Source of the DNA: an uncultured virus (IMG/VR IMGVR_UViG_3300043101_000273)
Lineage: Duplodnaviria; Heunggongvirae; Uroviricota; Caudoviricetes
Reading direction: 5' to 3' (one strand)
Length of the DNA: 64,000 nt
IMG/VR virus record: IMGVR_UViG_3300043101_000273
Positions within the stretch are counted from its first letter, which is position 1; every line of letters begins with the position of its first letter. The position numbers and the translations under genes were made by a program. This document shows positions 1 to 11,688 of the stretch, piece by piece. Below the pieces are notes generated by a model, which was not told the origin of the DNA, did no database searches, and saw only the letters and a list, made by a program, of their open reading frames with translations.

Positions 1-189
1 ATATAACGCTTTATATAATGAAAAGCTTAATCAGATTATTAAACATTTAAGAGTTCTTTTTTAGATGTTGTTTTTTAAATATTGGTTTTAATAATCATAG
101 AATAATCAATCTGTTAAGTTTTTTAACAACAAAAGGGTAGAAAAATCTACCCTTATAAATAATCACCTTTTTAAACCCACTTTTTAAAA

Positions 190-1149
190 TCACCTTTCAA
201 ATATAATATTTTTTCTATATGTGATTTCTACAATATCTTTTGATGTTAAAGGTTTTTTATCTGAATGGGTTGGACGTTTTGCATCAAGCTTTTCTAACAT
301 TCTTGCACCGTCCGCAGAATTGCAAAACTCATAATCAGAAAAATAATAATTATTATTACAACCTTCTATAGCATACAATAAATTATTAGGTGTAATCTTT
401 ATAGTTTGTTTTACTCCATTCAATTCAAATGTAACATTGAGAGTTTTTGCCGTATCTTTTATTTCAGCTATTGCATTAGTCATTTCAAGTTCCCATTGTT
501 CTGCTGCCGTACCATTATTGATTTCTTCTTCAATAAAAACATTCATAGCTTTAAAAGCACTTATATTATTTTCATTTCTTTTTAAAATTTCATTAAATAC
601 CTTTTCAATACTTCTATAACTGCAAATATCAGCAAAAATATCAAAGTCCGTAATTATAAAAAGATTATCTGCATACTCTTTGATTTTATCTTCAATAGAT
701 ATATTATTTATTAAATATCTTCTTGCTGAATATTTATATTGTTTTATTTTGTTTTCATCAGTAATTGTTACCGCAGTTGTTTTTTTATAAATATTATTAA
801 AAGCTTTTCTAAATAAATCTTTTTTCATTTCATATACAGTTTCTTTTTCAATTACATTCTGTGGTAATTCTTCATTATTCCCGATTTTAAAGAAGTAACT
901 GTTTACAATATAAAACATTTCATTGGCATATACTGCAATAAGATTTGATTCATCAATAGTAAGATGTGAACCGCCGATAACTCCTTGTATTGCCTGTTTT
1001 TCAGAATAATAATATTTTGCATAAATATATATGGCATTGTAAACTTTATCAGTAGTAATATGATAGAAACCGTCTTTATAAGTAAAATCAAAACTTGTAT
1101 TACCATCTGTAATATTCTTTTTAATAATTTCAAATAATTCAGTTTTCAT
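190..1149 (-). CDS. Hypothetical protein, family A paralog 1 (~320 aa)
   Basis: AAGGAGG RBS and own promoter; shares C-terminal WE..IKD.AKT.NVTFELNG...ITY.K..IFER with 4533, 8281 and 11689. Confidence 0.9.
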   Translation of the reverse strand: MKTELFEIIKKNITDGNTSFDFTYKDGFYHITTDKVYNAIYIYAKYYYSEKQAIQGVIGGSHLTIDESNLIAVYANEMFYIVNSYFFKIGNNEELPQNVIEKETVYEMKKDLFRKAFNNIYKKTTAVTITDENKIKQYKYSARRYLINNISIEDKIKEYADNLFIITDFDIFADICSYRSIEKVFNEILKRNENNISAFKAMNVFIEEEINNGTAAEQWELEMTNAIAEIKDTAKTLNVTFELNGVKQTIKITPNNLLYAIEGCNNNYYFSDYEFCNSADGARMLEKLDAKRPTHSDKKPLTSKDIVEITYRKNIIFER

Positions 1150-1483
1150 AAATAAATCCTCCTTAAAGATAATTAGTAAAAATTTGTGTGTATTAGATTT
1201 AAAAACTATTATTTTTTATCTTGTTTATATTATACTATACTTTTTATCTTTTGTCAAGTATTTTTTGAAATTTTTATTATTTTATAAAACTTTATAAAAA
1301 GCGTTTAAATGGCTCATATTTAGTCTTTAACATTTTAATGAATTTTTCTTCTACTTCATTGTTAAAACTCAAATAACGGCAAATAGAATAGAAATAATCA
1401 TTGTAATAATCGCAATGTTGATTTTATCTAATATTTTATTAAAAAAGGGTGGAAAAATCCACCCATATTTTTAATAGTATAAT

Positions 1484-1774
1484 TTAACGGCACAAATCAT
1501 AAAGCATTTCTTCATTAAGTTCTACGTCTATAACATAAACTGTTGAATAATCTTCATAAAAATCTTCATTTGCATTATTGTAATGTATTGTTTTTTCAGT
1601 TTCATCAACTTCTACAATTTGTGGTGTATAGTTGCCTATTTCCTGTTCCTGTTCTACAGTATCTTCAATCCATTTGTTCATTGCCTTAATAGCCTCTTCC
1701 TCCGTTAAAAATGCCTTTGTAAGTTTATCTGCATCAAAACTGTGAATAACTGTCATAATATAAATTCTTTTCAT
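1484..1774 (-). CDS. Hypothetical acidic protein (start revised to MKRIY)
   Basis: AAGGAGG-N7-ATG at 1774; own promoter and terminator. Confidence 0.85.
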   Translation of the reverse strand: MKRIYIMTVIHSFDADKLTKAFLTEEEAIKAMNKWIEDTVEQEQEIGNYTPQIVEVDETEKTIHYNNANEDFYEDYSTVYVIDVELNEEMLYDLCR

Positions 1775-1910
1775 AATAAAATCCTCCTTAAAAATAATCA
1801 TTTAAAATAACTGTGTGTGATTGTTAAGTTTGTTTTTCTTAACTTATTTATATTATATCACATTTTTTACTATTTGTCAAGTGTTTTTTTAAAAAAAGTA
1901 AAAATCTTTT

Positions 1911-2354
1911 TTATAAATTACTAATTATCTTTTCAATCTGTTTAAGTATCTTTATATTACATTCTTTATAATCAATCGTTATAAGATGAGTATATGTTAA
2001 ATCATAATACAGAAAACTAAGAAAACCAGTAGTTTCTATTTTAATGTTTTTTAAATTCTTATTAAGATTTGTTCTTTCATTTTTTAATTTCTTAACCATT
2101 GATATATAATCTTTATGCTGCGTGTCTATATATGCCCTTGACAATTTGTTATATTTAAAAAAACTATAATTTCTTTCATCAAAATTCTTTTCAATATATG
2201 TATTAAATGACATACTTATTGAATTTTCTTTACGATAGTCTATCATCAAAACATAGTCACAATCTTTATCAATTTTATCTTTATATTCACGAAAAATACG
2301 ATTTATTTCACTTTCAAATTTTTCTTTACTTATTGTATCTATTTTATTTGTCAT
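1911..2354 (-). CDS. Hypothetical protein
   Basis: AAGGAG RBS; promoter -35 at 2454. Confidence 0.8.
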   Translation of the reverse strand: MTNKIDTISKEKFESEINRIFREYKDKIDKDCDYVLMIDYRKENSISMSFNTYIEKNFDERNYSFFKYNKLSRAYIDTQHKDYISMVKKLKNERTNLNKNLKNIKIETTGFLSFLYYDLTYTHLITIDYKECNIKILKQIEKIISNL

Positions 2355-2825
2355 AATAAAACTCTCCTTTCAATTTTTTAAAATTAGTGTTGTGTGTGAA
2401 TTAAATATTTATTTCCTTTAACTTATTTATATTATACTACATATTTTGTGATTTGTCAATAGTTTTTTAATATTTTTAATAATTACTTATATCTTTGTAT
2501 CCGATTGTATTTTCCATTATATTAAGTCTTTTATAAACAACAAAGAAATATTCAGTAAAATAAATTAAAGCGTTATACGAGCTTATTAACGTGCTTATAT
2601 TAAGAATTAAATATATGTTGATATATAGAAAAAACCAATACATACAAAAATAAAACATATAGAAATGAAATACATAGAAAAGAAATATATAAAAAGGTAT
2701 TATATAAAAAATAATTGCATAACAAGTATATTTTGTTATCCGACTTAAAAATTATTGTTAAAAAAATCAGCTGCATAAAAACATCCATATAGGAAAAATT
2801 TATAATATATAAAAATAAAATAGTT

Positions 2826-3040
2826 TCCGCTCGAGCGAAATAATAAAAAACTGGAGCGATTGTTAATTTTTTAACAAACAATATTTAACTATTTTGGAAT
2901 CAAAATTATATAAATAAAAACATAAGTCCTTTATTTTAAAGGGTTTTTAAGAAGTTTTATTTGTTATTTATTTAACAATAATATAGTAATCAGAAATTAA
3001 ACTCATAATAAAAAGAATAATATTGTTAATAAAATAACAA
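2826..3040. repeat. Dispersed ~200-bp triple-operator element, copy 1
   Basis: CGCTCGAGCG palindrome plus TTGTTAA-N4-TTAACAA-like sites at 2860, 2961, 3023. Confidence 0.8.
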
Positions 3041-3090
3041 GTAAATAGAAAAATAAAAAGGACGGTTATTTTTAACCGTCCTTTTGTTTA

Positions 3091-4146
3091 TCAAATTGCT
3101 ACATCTGTATATTTATCGTTGATTACAAGTGTATTTCCATCACAATCAACCTCATAGGTTATTGTGTTATCCTTTGACTTCTTTTCAACCGCATTGTTAA
3201 ACAATGTGTTGTTGAGGATTGCCATTGCTTTACTTGTGTTGAGGTTTACTCTTGCATTGGCTACCTTTACACCTGTTCTTTTCACAAGGTTTTTGAGGTA
3301 CTCCCTCTTTTCGTTTATATCCATATTTGCAAGGATATCATTCTGTTTGTCAAGTTCATTATTAATAGCTGTATCAAAAGCATTCAACTTTTTGCCACTC
3401 TCAATTTTTTTAAGTGTTGCATTGATTGAAGGTACTGTTTTAAGACCTTTGATATAGACTTCAATTTCTCTTGTCTGTCTTGCACCATTGATTTCCTTTT
3501 CGTTGTCGATACCCTCATACACGTTATCTGAAGTAACACCATACTGTTTAAGTACCTCAATTTGCTCTTCGGTATACTTGTTTGCATACGGGTTAGGAAA
3601 ATAAGTGTTATTAAGATACTTTGCGACTTTATTCTTAATACTTGCGTTATTAAGAACTTCAAGCATATCAACAAACTTTTTGTTATCAACAGCCGTATCG
3701 TCCGTAATAGGTCTGTTCAACAAATTGACAGTTGCTCTAACCTCATTTTCAGAATACTTTTTGATGTTTTCTAAGAAGTCCATATTATCAACAAATTTCT
3801 TAGGTACGATAACTTCCATAGTAGGAATGTTTACTGTGCCATTTACCACATAGGACTGATTTCTGTAAATGTGGCATCTGATTGTTTTATCCAAACCAAC
3901 AGCTTTTGCTGTTTTTGGGTTCAACTGAACCTCTCCATAGATTTTATTTCTTATTGAAAAATTCAATTCCATACCGCTAGTAACGATATTGTTGGCAAGT
4001 GATGTAATAATAGTTTCTTTATCTGCCTTAAACATATTAAAATTGTCATTAACCTTAGCTGTGATACGCTTGTAGTCATTTGCGTAAACTACCTTTGCAT
4101 TATTACTTGCAAGTGTGTTTATTACTGTAACGATTGATTTTGTCAT
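3091..4146 (-). CDS. Hypothetical protein, 351 aa
   Basis: Long ORF, AAGGAGG RBS, promoter -35 at 4242, terminator 3056-3085. Confidence 0.9.
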   Translation of the reverse strand: MTKSIVTVINTLASNNAKVVYANDYKRITAKVNDNFNMFKADKETIITSLANNIVTSGMELNFSIRNKIYGEVQLNPKTAKAVGLDKTIRCHIYRNQSYVVNGTVNIPTMEVIVPKKFVDNMDFLENIKKYSENEVRATVNLLNRPITDDTAVDNKKFVDMLEVLNNASIKNKVAKYLNNTYFPNPYANKYTEEQIEVLKQYGVTSDNVYEGIDNEKEINGARQTREIEVYIKGLKTVPSINATLKKIESGKKLNAFDTAINNELDKQNDILANMDINEKREYLKNLVKRTGVKVANARVNLNTSKAMAILNNTLFNNAVEKKSKDNTITYEVDCDGNTLVINDKYTDVAI

Positions 4147-4532
4147 ATTGATTTCCTCCTTAATAGTGAATAATTATTTGTGTGTTTGTTAAGTATTCAT
4201 TTCTCTTAACTTGTTATTATTATACTACATTTTTTATAATTTGTCAAGTGTTTTTTTGAATTTTTTTAAAAAATTTTATTTATATTTTTAATATGAAAAA
4301 TTGATTATATACTTGTAAAATTGATTACGCAGCATTTCAATAAATCATTCGATAAATAACACTTCGATAAATAACACATTAAATAATTAAAAAAAGGCAT
4401 ATAAGGGTATTTAACAGCTTTATGACGTGTGGTACAATTGTGGTACGATTGTGGAATAATTATGGTACGGTTATTTTTAATAAATAGTTTTTTCAATAAT
4501 AAAAAAAGGGTGATTTATTCACCCTTTAATTT

Positions 4533-5504
4533 TTATCTTTCAAACAAAACTTTTTTGCCATAAGTAATTTTTATAATGTTTTCTACTGTCAATGGAATCT
4601 TCTCATATTTATTAGTGTCTGTGTTATATCTACCGCCAGCATTTAATTTGTGGAGAAGTTCTTTTCCTTTAGCACCATTGCAAAAACTATAATCACTAAA
4701 TGTAGACTTATAAAAGATATAATCAATTAATCTTGTTATTTCTACTTTTTCTGTTCCTGTTATTTCATTTAATTCAAACGTAACATTTACAGTTTTTGCT
4801 ATATCTTTAATTTCATTTAAAGGTTTTACAATATCTAACTCCCACGGTTTAACAACTTCATTGTTTACAATTAAATTTTCAACATATGCTACTTTAGATT
4901 TTAACAATGCAAGCTTTTCTCTATTTGAATTTACAATATTTTTAATTGTATCTTCCTTAGATGTATAACCAATTACGCATTTTTTAATATCATTATATTC
5001 GATTTCATTCATTGTTACATATTCTTTAAGACTATCAAAAACATTAAGATTATAAATTTGATATTTCCTTGCTTTTTCTTTCAAGTTTATTATTTCTTCG
5101 GAAAAGTTATTAGTAACTGTGATACTATCATAAAGCTTTTTCATTTCTGTATCATAAATGTTTTTATACTCTTTTATAATTTCTTCCCAAGTTTTTACAT
5201 TACTAGGTAATGATTCACCATTATCGGGACGAGTTGAAAATACCCATTTACTAACAATAAAATTATTATCCTTTACTAACATAGCAAATTGCATTTTGTC
5301 AATTTTCCCTTCAATAAGCATATTGATTGCATCGTCTTTGTCATAACTATAATCGTAATATACATACTTTGCACCATATACTTCTGTTGTGATAACAATA
5401 TATATCTTTGGTTTTATATATCCATCTTCTTTGATTTCAAATATAAAATTACCTTTATTTTCTTTAATGCCCTGTGCAAACTTTTCAAATAATTCTTTGT
5501 TCAT
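4533..5504 (-). CDS. Hypothetical protein, family A paralog 2
   Basis: Clear similarity to 190, 8281, 11689. Confidence 0.9.
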   Translation of the reverse strand: MNKELFEKFAQGIKENKGNFIFEIKEDGYIKPKIYIVITTEVYGAKYVYYDYSYDKDDAINMLIEGKIDKMQFAMLVKDNNFIVSKWVFSTRPDNGESLPSNVKTWEEIIKEYKNIYDTEMKKLYDSITVTNNFSEEIINLKEKARKYQIYNLNVFDSLKEYVTMNEIEYNDIKKCVIGYTSKEDTIKNIVNSNREKLALLKSKVAYVENLIVNNEVVKPWELDIVKPLNEIKDIAKTVNVTFELNEITGTEKVEITRLIDYIFYKSTFSDYSFCNGAKGKELLHKLNAGGRYNTDTNKYEKIPLTVENIIKITYGKKVLFER

Positions 5505-5841
5505 ATTAAAATCCTCCTTATATATGTGTGATTGAGTATTTGTTTTTCTTAACTTGCTTATATTGTATCACATATTTTACAATTTGTCAAGTATCTTTTT
5601 TGAAAAATATAATGTTGTTTAAATACTTATATTTTCAAATATAAGACGTTTTATAAAATAGATAGAGAATTATATGATAAAATTAAAAACGGCTCTATAT
5701 GAGTCATAAACGCAGCGTTATTAGGTTTTTATAAATAATTTACTGTATTATTCTTAATCAAATATTTTTAAACATAATTATTCACCCGTAATAAAATAAT
5801 TCATTAAAAAAAGGTAGGATATTTCACCTACCTTTTATTTT

Positions 5842-6462
5842 TTATGCTTTATGATTTGCTACCTTGTATAATCTTTGGTATGTTAAATATAATGCCTTTA
5901 CATTTTTAACCCATACTGGCAATATTATATTTTTAGTAATATTATTTGCACTGTAACGAATGCCATCCATAACAATCTTTGAAATTTCTCTATCTGTCAA
6001 ATTACTGAAAATCTCCTTATTACTATCTATAAGATTTTCAATGTTTTCATTCAACTTACGATATTTATTCATAAAACGACAATTTTCACATTTACTGCAA
6101 GTAGATTTATCTCTTGTAGTATCATCAGTTAAATTATAAAAATATGTTGAGTAATCATTTGTTATCAACTCTACCATTTCATTTATTACCGCAGCTAAAA
6201 AATTTTCTTCAACAGATTTAATGTTTAAATTTTCAAAAGAAGATTTCTTAGTAATTGCATTGTTTGGATTTGTAAAACAATCTGTCGCACTATAAATGCG
6301 ATTAAACATTTTGACACTTAAAAAGCAATTATCATTTATAAATGACTTGAAAAAATCTTCAAATATCCCTTCCAATTCAATGTTGAATACAGTTAAATCA
6401 ACATTATTCTTTTTTTCATACTCATAAACCTTCTTAACATTTTCAAATAAATTAGTTTTCAT
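5842..6462 (-). CDS. Hypothetical protein with Cys cluster (CSKCENC)
   Basis: ORF with RBS, promoter and terminator. Confidence 0.85.
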   Translation of the reverse strand: MKTNLFENVKKVYEYEKKNNVDLTVFNIELEGIFEDFFKSFINDNCFLSVKMFNRIYSATDCFTNPNNAITKKSSFENLNIKSVEENFLAAVINEMVELITNDYSTYFYNLTDDTTRDKSTCSKCENCRFMNKYRKLNENIENLIDSNKEIFSNLTDREISKIVMDGIRYSANNITKNIILPVWVKNVKALYLTYQRLYKVANHKA

Positions 6463-6798
6463 AATAAAATCCTCCTTATATATGTGTGTAATTAAGTATT
6501 TGTTTTTCTTAACTTGGTTATATTATACCATATATTTTATTATTTGTCAAGTATTTTTTTAAAAAAATATTTATTATTCGGATGAGTTTATATCTAATGT
6601 TAAATAACACTTAAATCGTTTATATCGACTGTATTTGCCATTTAAATATTAGATTAAATGTTTTCCGCACTTTTTATTAAACGTTTAAATAAAGGCAAAT
6701 GAATGAATTTTACAATATATTTAAACAACATAAAACACTGAATACTTAAAGTTTATTATAATAAAAAAGAGGTAGTATCTACTACCTCTTAATAATTA

Positions 6799-6978
6799 TT
6801 ATCTACTCTTATAAAGACCAGACATAGACTTATAAAATTTATCTGATATAATCGGTAATCTTGCATCTCTTACAATTTCTGTTGTATTATCCATATAAAA
6901 AATTTTACCTACTTTGTTACCATTAATATCCATAGCTGCGTACCATTTTTTTACTTGTTTTCCATTCCATTCTGTCAT
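6799..6978 (-). CDS. Small protein, 59 aa (MTEWNGKQVKKWYAAMD...), missing from ORF track
   Basis: AAGGAGG RBS 6987-6993; hand translation open to TAA. Confidence 0.75.
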   Translation of the reverse strand: MTEWNGKQVKKWYAAMDINGNKVGKIFYMDNTTEIVRDARLPIISDKFYKSMSGLYKSR

Positions 6979-7019
6979 ATCAATAACCTCCTTGAAATAA
7001 TTATCCTCTTATATTTTTT

Positions 7020-7181
7020 TTAGTGAGAAAAATCATCCTCTACAAAATCAATTCCGTCATAGTTTTCGTAAATAACTTCGTTAGGAATATCTAACGCACA
7101 TTCATACTCATTGTCTTGTGAGTAAAAATAACTCCATTTTAAAGTTTCAAGTTGATTGTTGTTTAATTCTCGTACTGACAT
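7020..7181 (-). CDS. Small acidic protein, 53 aa (MSVRELNNNQLETLK...FVEDDFSH), missing from ORF track
   Basis: AAGGAGG RBS; promoter -35 at 7297; hand translation. Confidence 0.8.
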   Translation of the reverse strand: MSVRELNNNQLETLKWSYFYSQDNEYECALDIPNEVIYENYDGIDFVEDDFSH

Positions 7182-7425
7182 TTTAAAAACCTCCTTAAAA
7201 ATAATTGTTAAAAATGTTGTTTAGAAATAGTTGTGTGTGTTTACTAAGATTATGTATTTCTTAGCTTGTTATTATTATACTACACTTTTTATGTTTTGTC
7301 AAGTGTTTTTTTGAAAAAATATTGTACTGCGACAAAAAATATTATTCTTTATATATAAAAAATAAAGGGTGGAAATTCCACCCTCTTTAACATCACCTAC
7401 CTAACTTTATATTTAAAAAGTATAA

Positions 7426-7920
7426 TCAATCGAAAAGTGCATATATCCTTTTAATATCTTCACTGGGAATTGGTCTATATAACCAACCTGTGCCATATTT
7501 ATAAGGCTTTCCTTCGTATTCAACCTCATAAAGATTTATAGACTTTAAATATTCAACGACCTTAGTATAATCATAATCTTTCAATACACCAGTATCAATA
7601 GCATTATGTATTGCTTCTTCCTGTTCGATTGTGCCTGCGTGCATATCGTTTAAGTGATATTTTCTCCACAAGTTAATTATTTCAACTAACTTTTCATTTT
7701 CCAATAAATATGGATAATCTTCTGTTACCGTATCAAATGCCTGTCCAGCTATAAACATATCTGTTTTAATATGATTGTATACACCAATAGAAGCTGCAAA
7801 TACAATACCTTTGTTTTGATTTCTGATTTCTACGTCTGCATAAACAGGGCAATTCTTTACACCAATATTATATCCATCTACCTTGCCTACAAGTATCTTT
7901 TTTTCCTTTAATGTTTTCAT
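7426..7920 (-). CDS. Phage-type hypothetical protein (WxKYHLNDMHAGT / YKYGxGWLY)
   Basis: ORF with RBS, promoter and terminator; motif recalled from uncharacterised phage proteins. Confidence 0.85.
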   Translation of the reverse strand: MKTLKEKKILVGKVDGYNIGVKNCPVYADVEIRNQNKGIVFAASIGVYNHIKTDMFIAGQAFDTVTEDYPYLLENEKLVEIINLWRKYHLNDMHAGTIEQEEAIHNAIDTGVLKDYDYTKVVEYLKSINLYEVEYEGKPYKYGTGWLYRPIPSEDIKRIYALFD

Positions 7921-8280
7921 AATAAAATCCTCCTTAAGAATAATTGTTAAAAATATTTTTTAGAAATATTTTTTAATAATAAGTTGTGTGTGTTTTGTTA
8001 ATCTTTACTATCTCTTAACTTGTTTATATTATACTACATAATTTTCATTTTGTCAAGAGATTTTTTTTAAATTTTTTTATTTATATTTTTAATACATAAA
8101 ATTGATTATATTTCACTGTATGTAATATTTTAATAAACCATTCGATAAACACTATATTTAATAATTAAAAAGAAATATAAAGTATTTAACGGTTTTATGT
8201 GGGATAATTATTGCACAATTATGTTTCATTTAATAATTTTTCAATAATAAAGAAGGGTGAATAAATCACCCTTTAATTTT

Positions 8281-9240
8281 TTACTTTTCAAATAATACGT
8301 TTTTACCATAAGTAATTTTTACAATGTTTTTAGCTGCCAATCTATAACTTGCATTTAATTTATTCAGCAATTCTCTCCCTTTTGTGAAATTATTAAATTC
8401 ATAACAAGAAATTTGCTTTTTGTCAACAATACAATCAATAAGGTTATTAATATTTATTTTTTCTGTACCTGTTATCCCATTTAATTCAAATGTAACATTT
8501 ACTGTCTTTGCAATATCTTTAATTGCAATTAAAGGTCTTACAATATCTAATTCCCATTGCTCAACAACTTCGTTATTGGCAATTAAGTTTTCAATATATG
8601 TTGCCTTTGATTTTAACCATACAAGTTCTTTTTCATTTGATTTTACAATATTCTTAATTACTTCTTCTTTTTGTATATAACCAATTTCAGATTTCAATAT
8701 ATCTGTATATGGTAATTTTTTTTCTGTTGTATTGCGTTTCAAAGCATCGAACACATTTAAGTTATAAAATTGAAAATACCTTGCATCGTATTTCATATCT
8801 GAAATATTCTCTTCTGAAAAATTAGTATCAACCTCAACAATATCATTATAAAACTTTTTCATTTCCGTTTCATAAAGTGCATCATATTCCTGTCTAACAC
8901 TTATAAATGTTTTTATGTTATCGGGTAATGCTGTTCTATCTGTAACTTTAAAAATATGTTCATCTATAATGTAATTATCATCTTTTACTAACATTGAAAA
9001 ATCTCTATTATTAAGATTTCCTTTTACTAATTTTTCAATTAAATATTCTTTGTCATATTCATACTCAGAATAAACATATTTAGCACCTAAGACATTATCC
9101 ACTATTATAGAATATATTCGTGGGTTGTTTTCCTTTTCTATTTGGATTTCAAACATAAAGTGATTTTTGTTTTCCTTTATTCCTTGTGCAAATTTTTCAA
9201 ACAATTCGGCATTCCAACCGTATTTTATCATATTACCCAT
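8281..9240 (-). CDS. Hypothetical protein, family A paralog 3 (start revised to MGNMIK)
   Basis: AAGGAGG immediately upstream of ATG 9240; paralogy. Confidence 0.9.
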   Translation of the reverse strand: MGNMIKYGWNAELFEKFAQGIKENKNHFMFEIQIEKENNPRIYSIIVDNVLGAKYVYSEYEYDKEYLIEKLVKGNLNNRDFSMLVKDDNYIIDEHIFKVTDRTALPDNIKTFISVRQEYDALYETEMKKFYNDIVEVDTNFSEENISDMKYDARYFQFYNLNVFDALKRNTTEKKLPYTDILKSEIGYIQKEEVIKNIVKSNEKELVWLKSKATYIENLIANNEVVEQWELDIVRPLIAIKDIAKTVNVTFELNGITGTEKININNLIDCIVDKKQISCYEFNNFTKGRELLNKLNASYRLAAKNIVKITYGKNVLFEK

Positions 9241-9824
9241 AGATAAATCCTCCTTAAAGATAATTAGTAGTAATTGTGTGTTATTAACAGCATTCATATC
9301 TCTTAATTTGTTATCATTATACTATATGTTTTATGTTTTGTCAAGTATTTTTTGAAAAAATAAAAGATATTTTTGGTATTAAAAAGATTGATTTATAAAT
9401 TATTTGAGAATCATTCAATAATATTCTTTTAAATATGAGCTTTGTAAAAGATTTTAAAAAGTATAATATTAAAAAAAAGATATTGAAAAATATACATTGG
9501 AAAAATATTTGTTTTTTCTATATAAAGGATTTTTTATTTCTAGTAATATTAAAAACAATAATATTGTTACGGATGATAAACTATAAAAAATGATATACGA
9601 TATAATTTATTGATTAAGATATAAAATAATTCTTAGATAATTTGTTGATGTTGATAAATTGTTTTTATATAAAGAACTGCAATGTCTATTTTTATGATTT
9701 AATATTTATATATATCTAAAAACTTTATTACCGCATTATATATAAAACATTATGTATCGGATGATTATATTATTAAAAACACTCCTGTATAGGAAAAAAT
9801 TATGATATATTGAAAATATATAAT

Positions 9825-10037
9825 TTCCGCTCGAGCGGAATAATAAAAACTGGAGCGGTCGTTAATTTTTTAACAAACAATGTTTAACTATTTTGGAATA
9901 AAATATATATAAATAAAAATATAAACCTTTATTTTAAAGGGTTTTGAGAGTTTTATATTGTTAAAATAATAACAAACTCTTACTACCTAGATATAATAAT
10001 ATGAATTATACAGATAATATTGTTAAAAAATAAACAA
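9825..10037. repeat. Triple-operator element, copy 2
   Basis: TTCCGCTCGAGCGGAA palindrome; sites at 9859, 9958, 10020. Confidence 0.8.
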
Positions 10038-10318
10038 ATGATATATATTACAATGTTTATATATTACAACATTTTCTGAAATAAATTTATATACATTATA
10101 CTACAAACAAAATAGTCTGTCAATAGTCTTTAAATAGCTTTATTTTGGCTTTAAAGACGTTTACATATAAATGGTTAGTATTTCACTGGTAAAATAATTA
10201 CACGCTTAAATACAGCGAATAAACGCATATACATCGTATATGTTTTAAGTATATGTTTAGAATACTATAAATATATTTTTACACAATAAAAAAGGGTGAT
10301 TACTCACCCTTATATTTT

Positions 10319-10912
10319 TTATTCGGCTATCAATTCATAACTATCAATATATGACTTTGGTAAATAAGAATTAGTACCTTCCACGTTCCACCAATATTGC
10401 TTAAATTGGCGATTAGGCTGCATCTTGATAACCGTGTATTCATTACCGTTTTTAGTAGTAACTTTAACTTTACCACCAAAGTCAATTTTTTTCAACTCAC
10501 TTGATTTTGTTGTCTTGCTATTTGCTTTTTCAATACATTTATTTCTCCAATTTAAAGCATATTCATTATCAGTTGGTGATAACAGTTTAAGTATTGACTT
10601 TGGGCAATCATACGCATATGGACCTTCAGATTCACCCATTTCCTTATAAGAGAAATTGTAATAGTCATTATTATCAACAGATGTTAAACAAACAACTGCA
10701 AATATTTCTTTTTCATTTTCCTTATTGTTAGTACGCTCAACGGCTGCATAATATACACTGCCTATAACACTTGACTTTAATACTTTAAAACTAGGTGAAT
10801 AACCACCATTATCCCAATAATGCTCATCCTGTGTAAAAAGCTTATCGCATTCAGCTTTTTTATCTACCTTACCATTTTTATAACTTGTTGCGTGTGTTGA
10901 TGTCCATCCCAT
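10319..10912 (-). CDS. DUF6927-like protein of mobile elements
   Basis: MGWT start and YKEMGESEGPYAYDCPKSILKLLSPTDNEYALNWR motif (family recalled, not searched). Confidence 0.6.
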   Translation of the reverse strand: MGWTSTHATSYKNGKVDKKAECDKLFTQDEHYWDNGGYSPSFKVLKSSVIGSVYYAAVERTNNKENEKEIFAVVCLTSVDNNDYYNFSYKEMGESEGPYAYDCPKSILKLLSPTDNEYALNWRNKCIEKANSKTTKSSELKKIDFGGKVKVTTKNGNEYTVIKMQPNRQFKQYWWNVEGTNSYLPKSYIDSYELIAE

Positions 10913-11136
10913 AATCTTAATCTCCTTTCAGATTGTTAAAATAATATATTGTGTGTGAGTGTTAAGTATTTCTCTCTTAACTTGTTTATATTATATCATA
11001 TTTTTTATCGTTTGTCAACTACTTTTTTTAAAATTTTTTAAAAATTTTCTTTTGTTGATACAAAATTATATTTACCGTCATATTGATAAATACTACTAAT
11101 TCTTCCGTAAAAATTGTATTATTTATTAAAAACATA

Positions 11137-11304
11137 TTATTCATAATCACTATATTCATTATTCTTGTATTCAGAATTGAGGTAATCAACCATATTGGCA
11201 ATGTTGTCAAGTTCTGAATGACAATCTTTTAAATTCTCAATCCTTTCAATTTCTTTAGCTAACTGTTCTACCGTTAAAGTAACTAATCTTTCCTTTACTG
11301 TCAT
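11137..11304 (-). CDS. Small protein, 55 aa (MTVKERLVTLTVEQLAKE...), missing from ORF track
   Basis: AAGGAG RBS; promoter variant near 11387; hand translation. Confidence 0.75.
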   Translation of the reverse strand: MTVKERLVTLTVEQLAKEIERIENLKDCHSELDNIANMVDYLNSEYKNNEYSDYE

Positions 11305-11688
11305 TTTAAAAAAACTCCTTTAAAAATTACTGTATTAGATATATTGTTTTTTATCTTGTTTATATTATATCAAACATTTTATAATTTGTTAAGTATTTTT
11401 TTAAAAAAAATCACATAAATATATTTTTTTAAAACACGTCTGCAATGCCCATATTTTGAGTTTTAAGAGTGTTTTATATTTTATAATAGTATTTTGTGTT
11501 AAATTATTTATATCGTCTTATACGGGCAATTATAGCCGTTACATTTTAATATATTCTTATTTTAATATTCATTCGCATAGTAAATTGAATAATATTGTAT
11601 TTTTCTTGTTATGCTGCAAAAAACATCAATTACAGATATTTTTTTACAATAAAAAAGAGTGGTATTAAAACCACCCTTTTTAAAATTA

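Noticed and set aside
2630..2710. 15-bp periodic A-rich repeats as a CRISPR array
   Set aside because: No unique spacers; low-complexity degenerate tandem repeat
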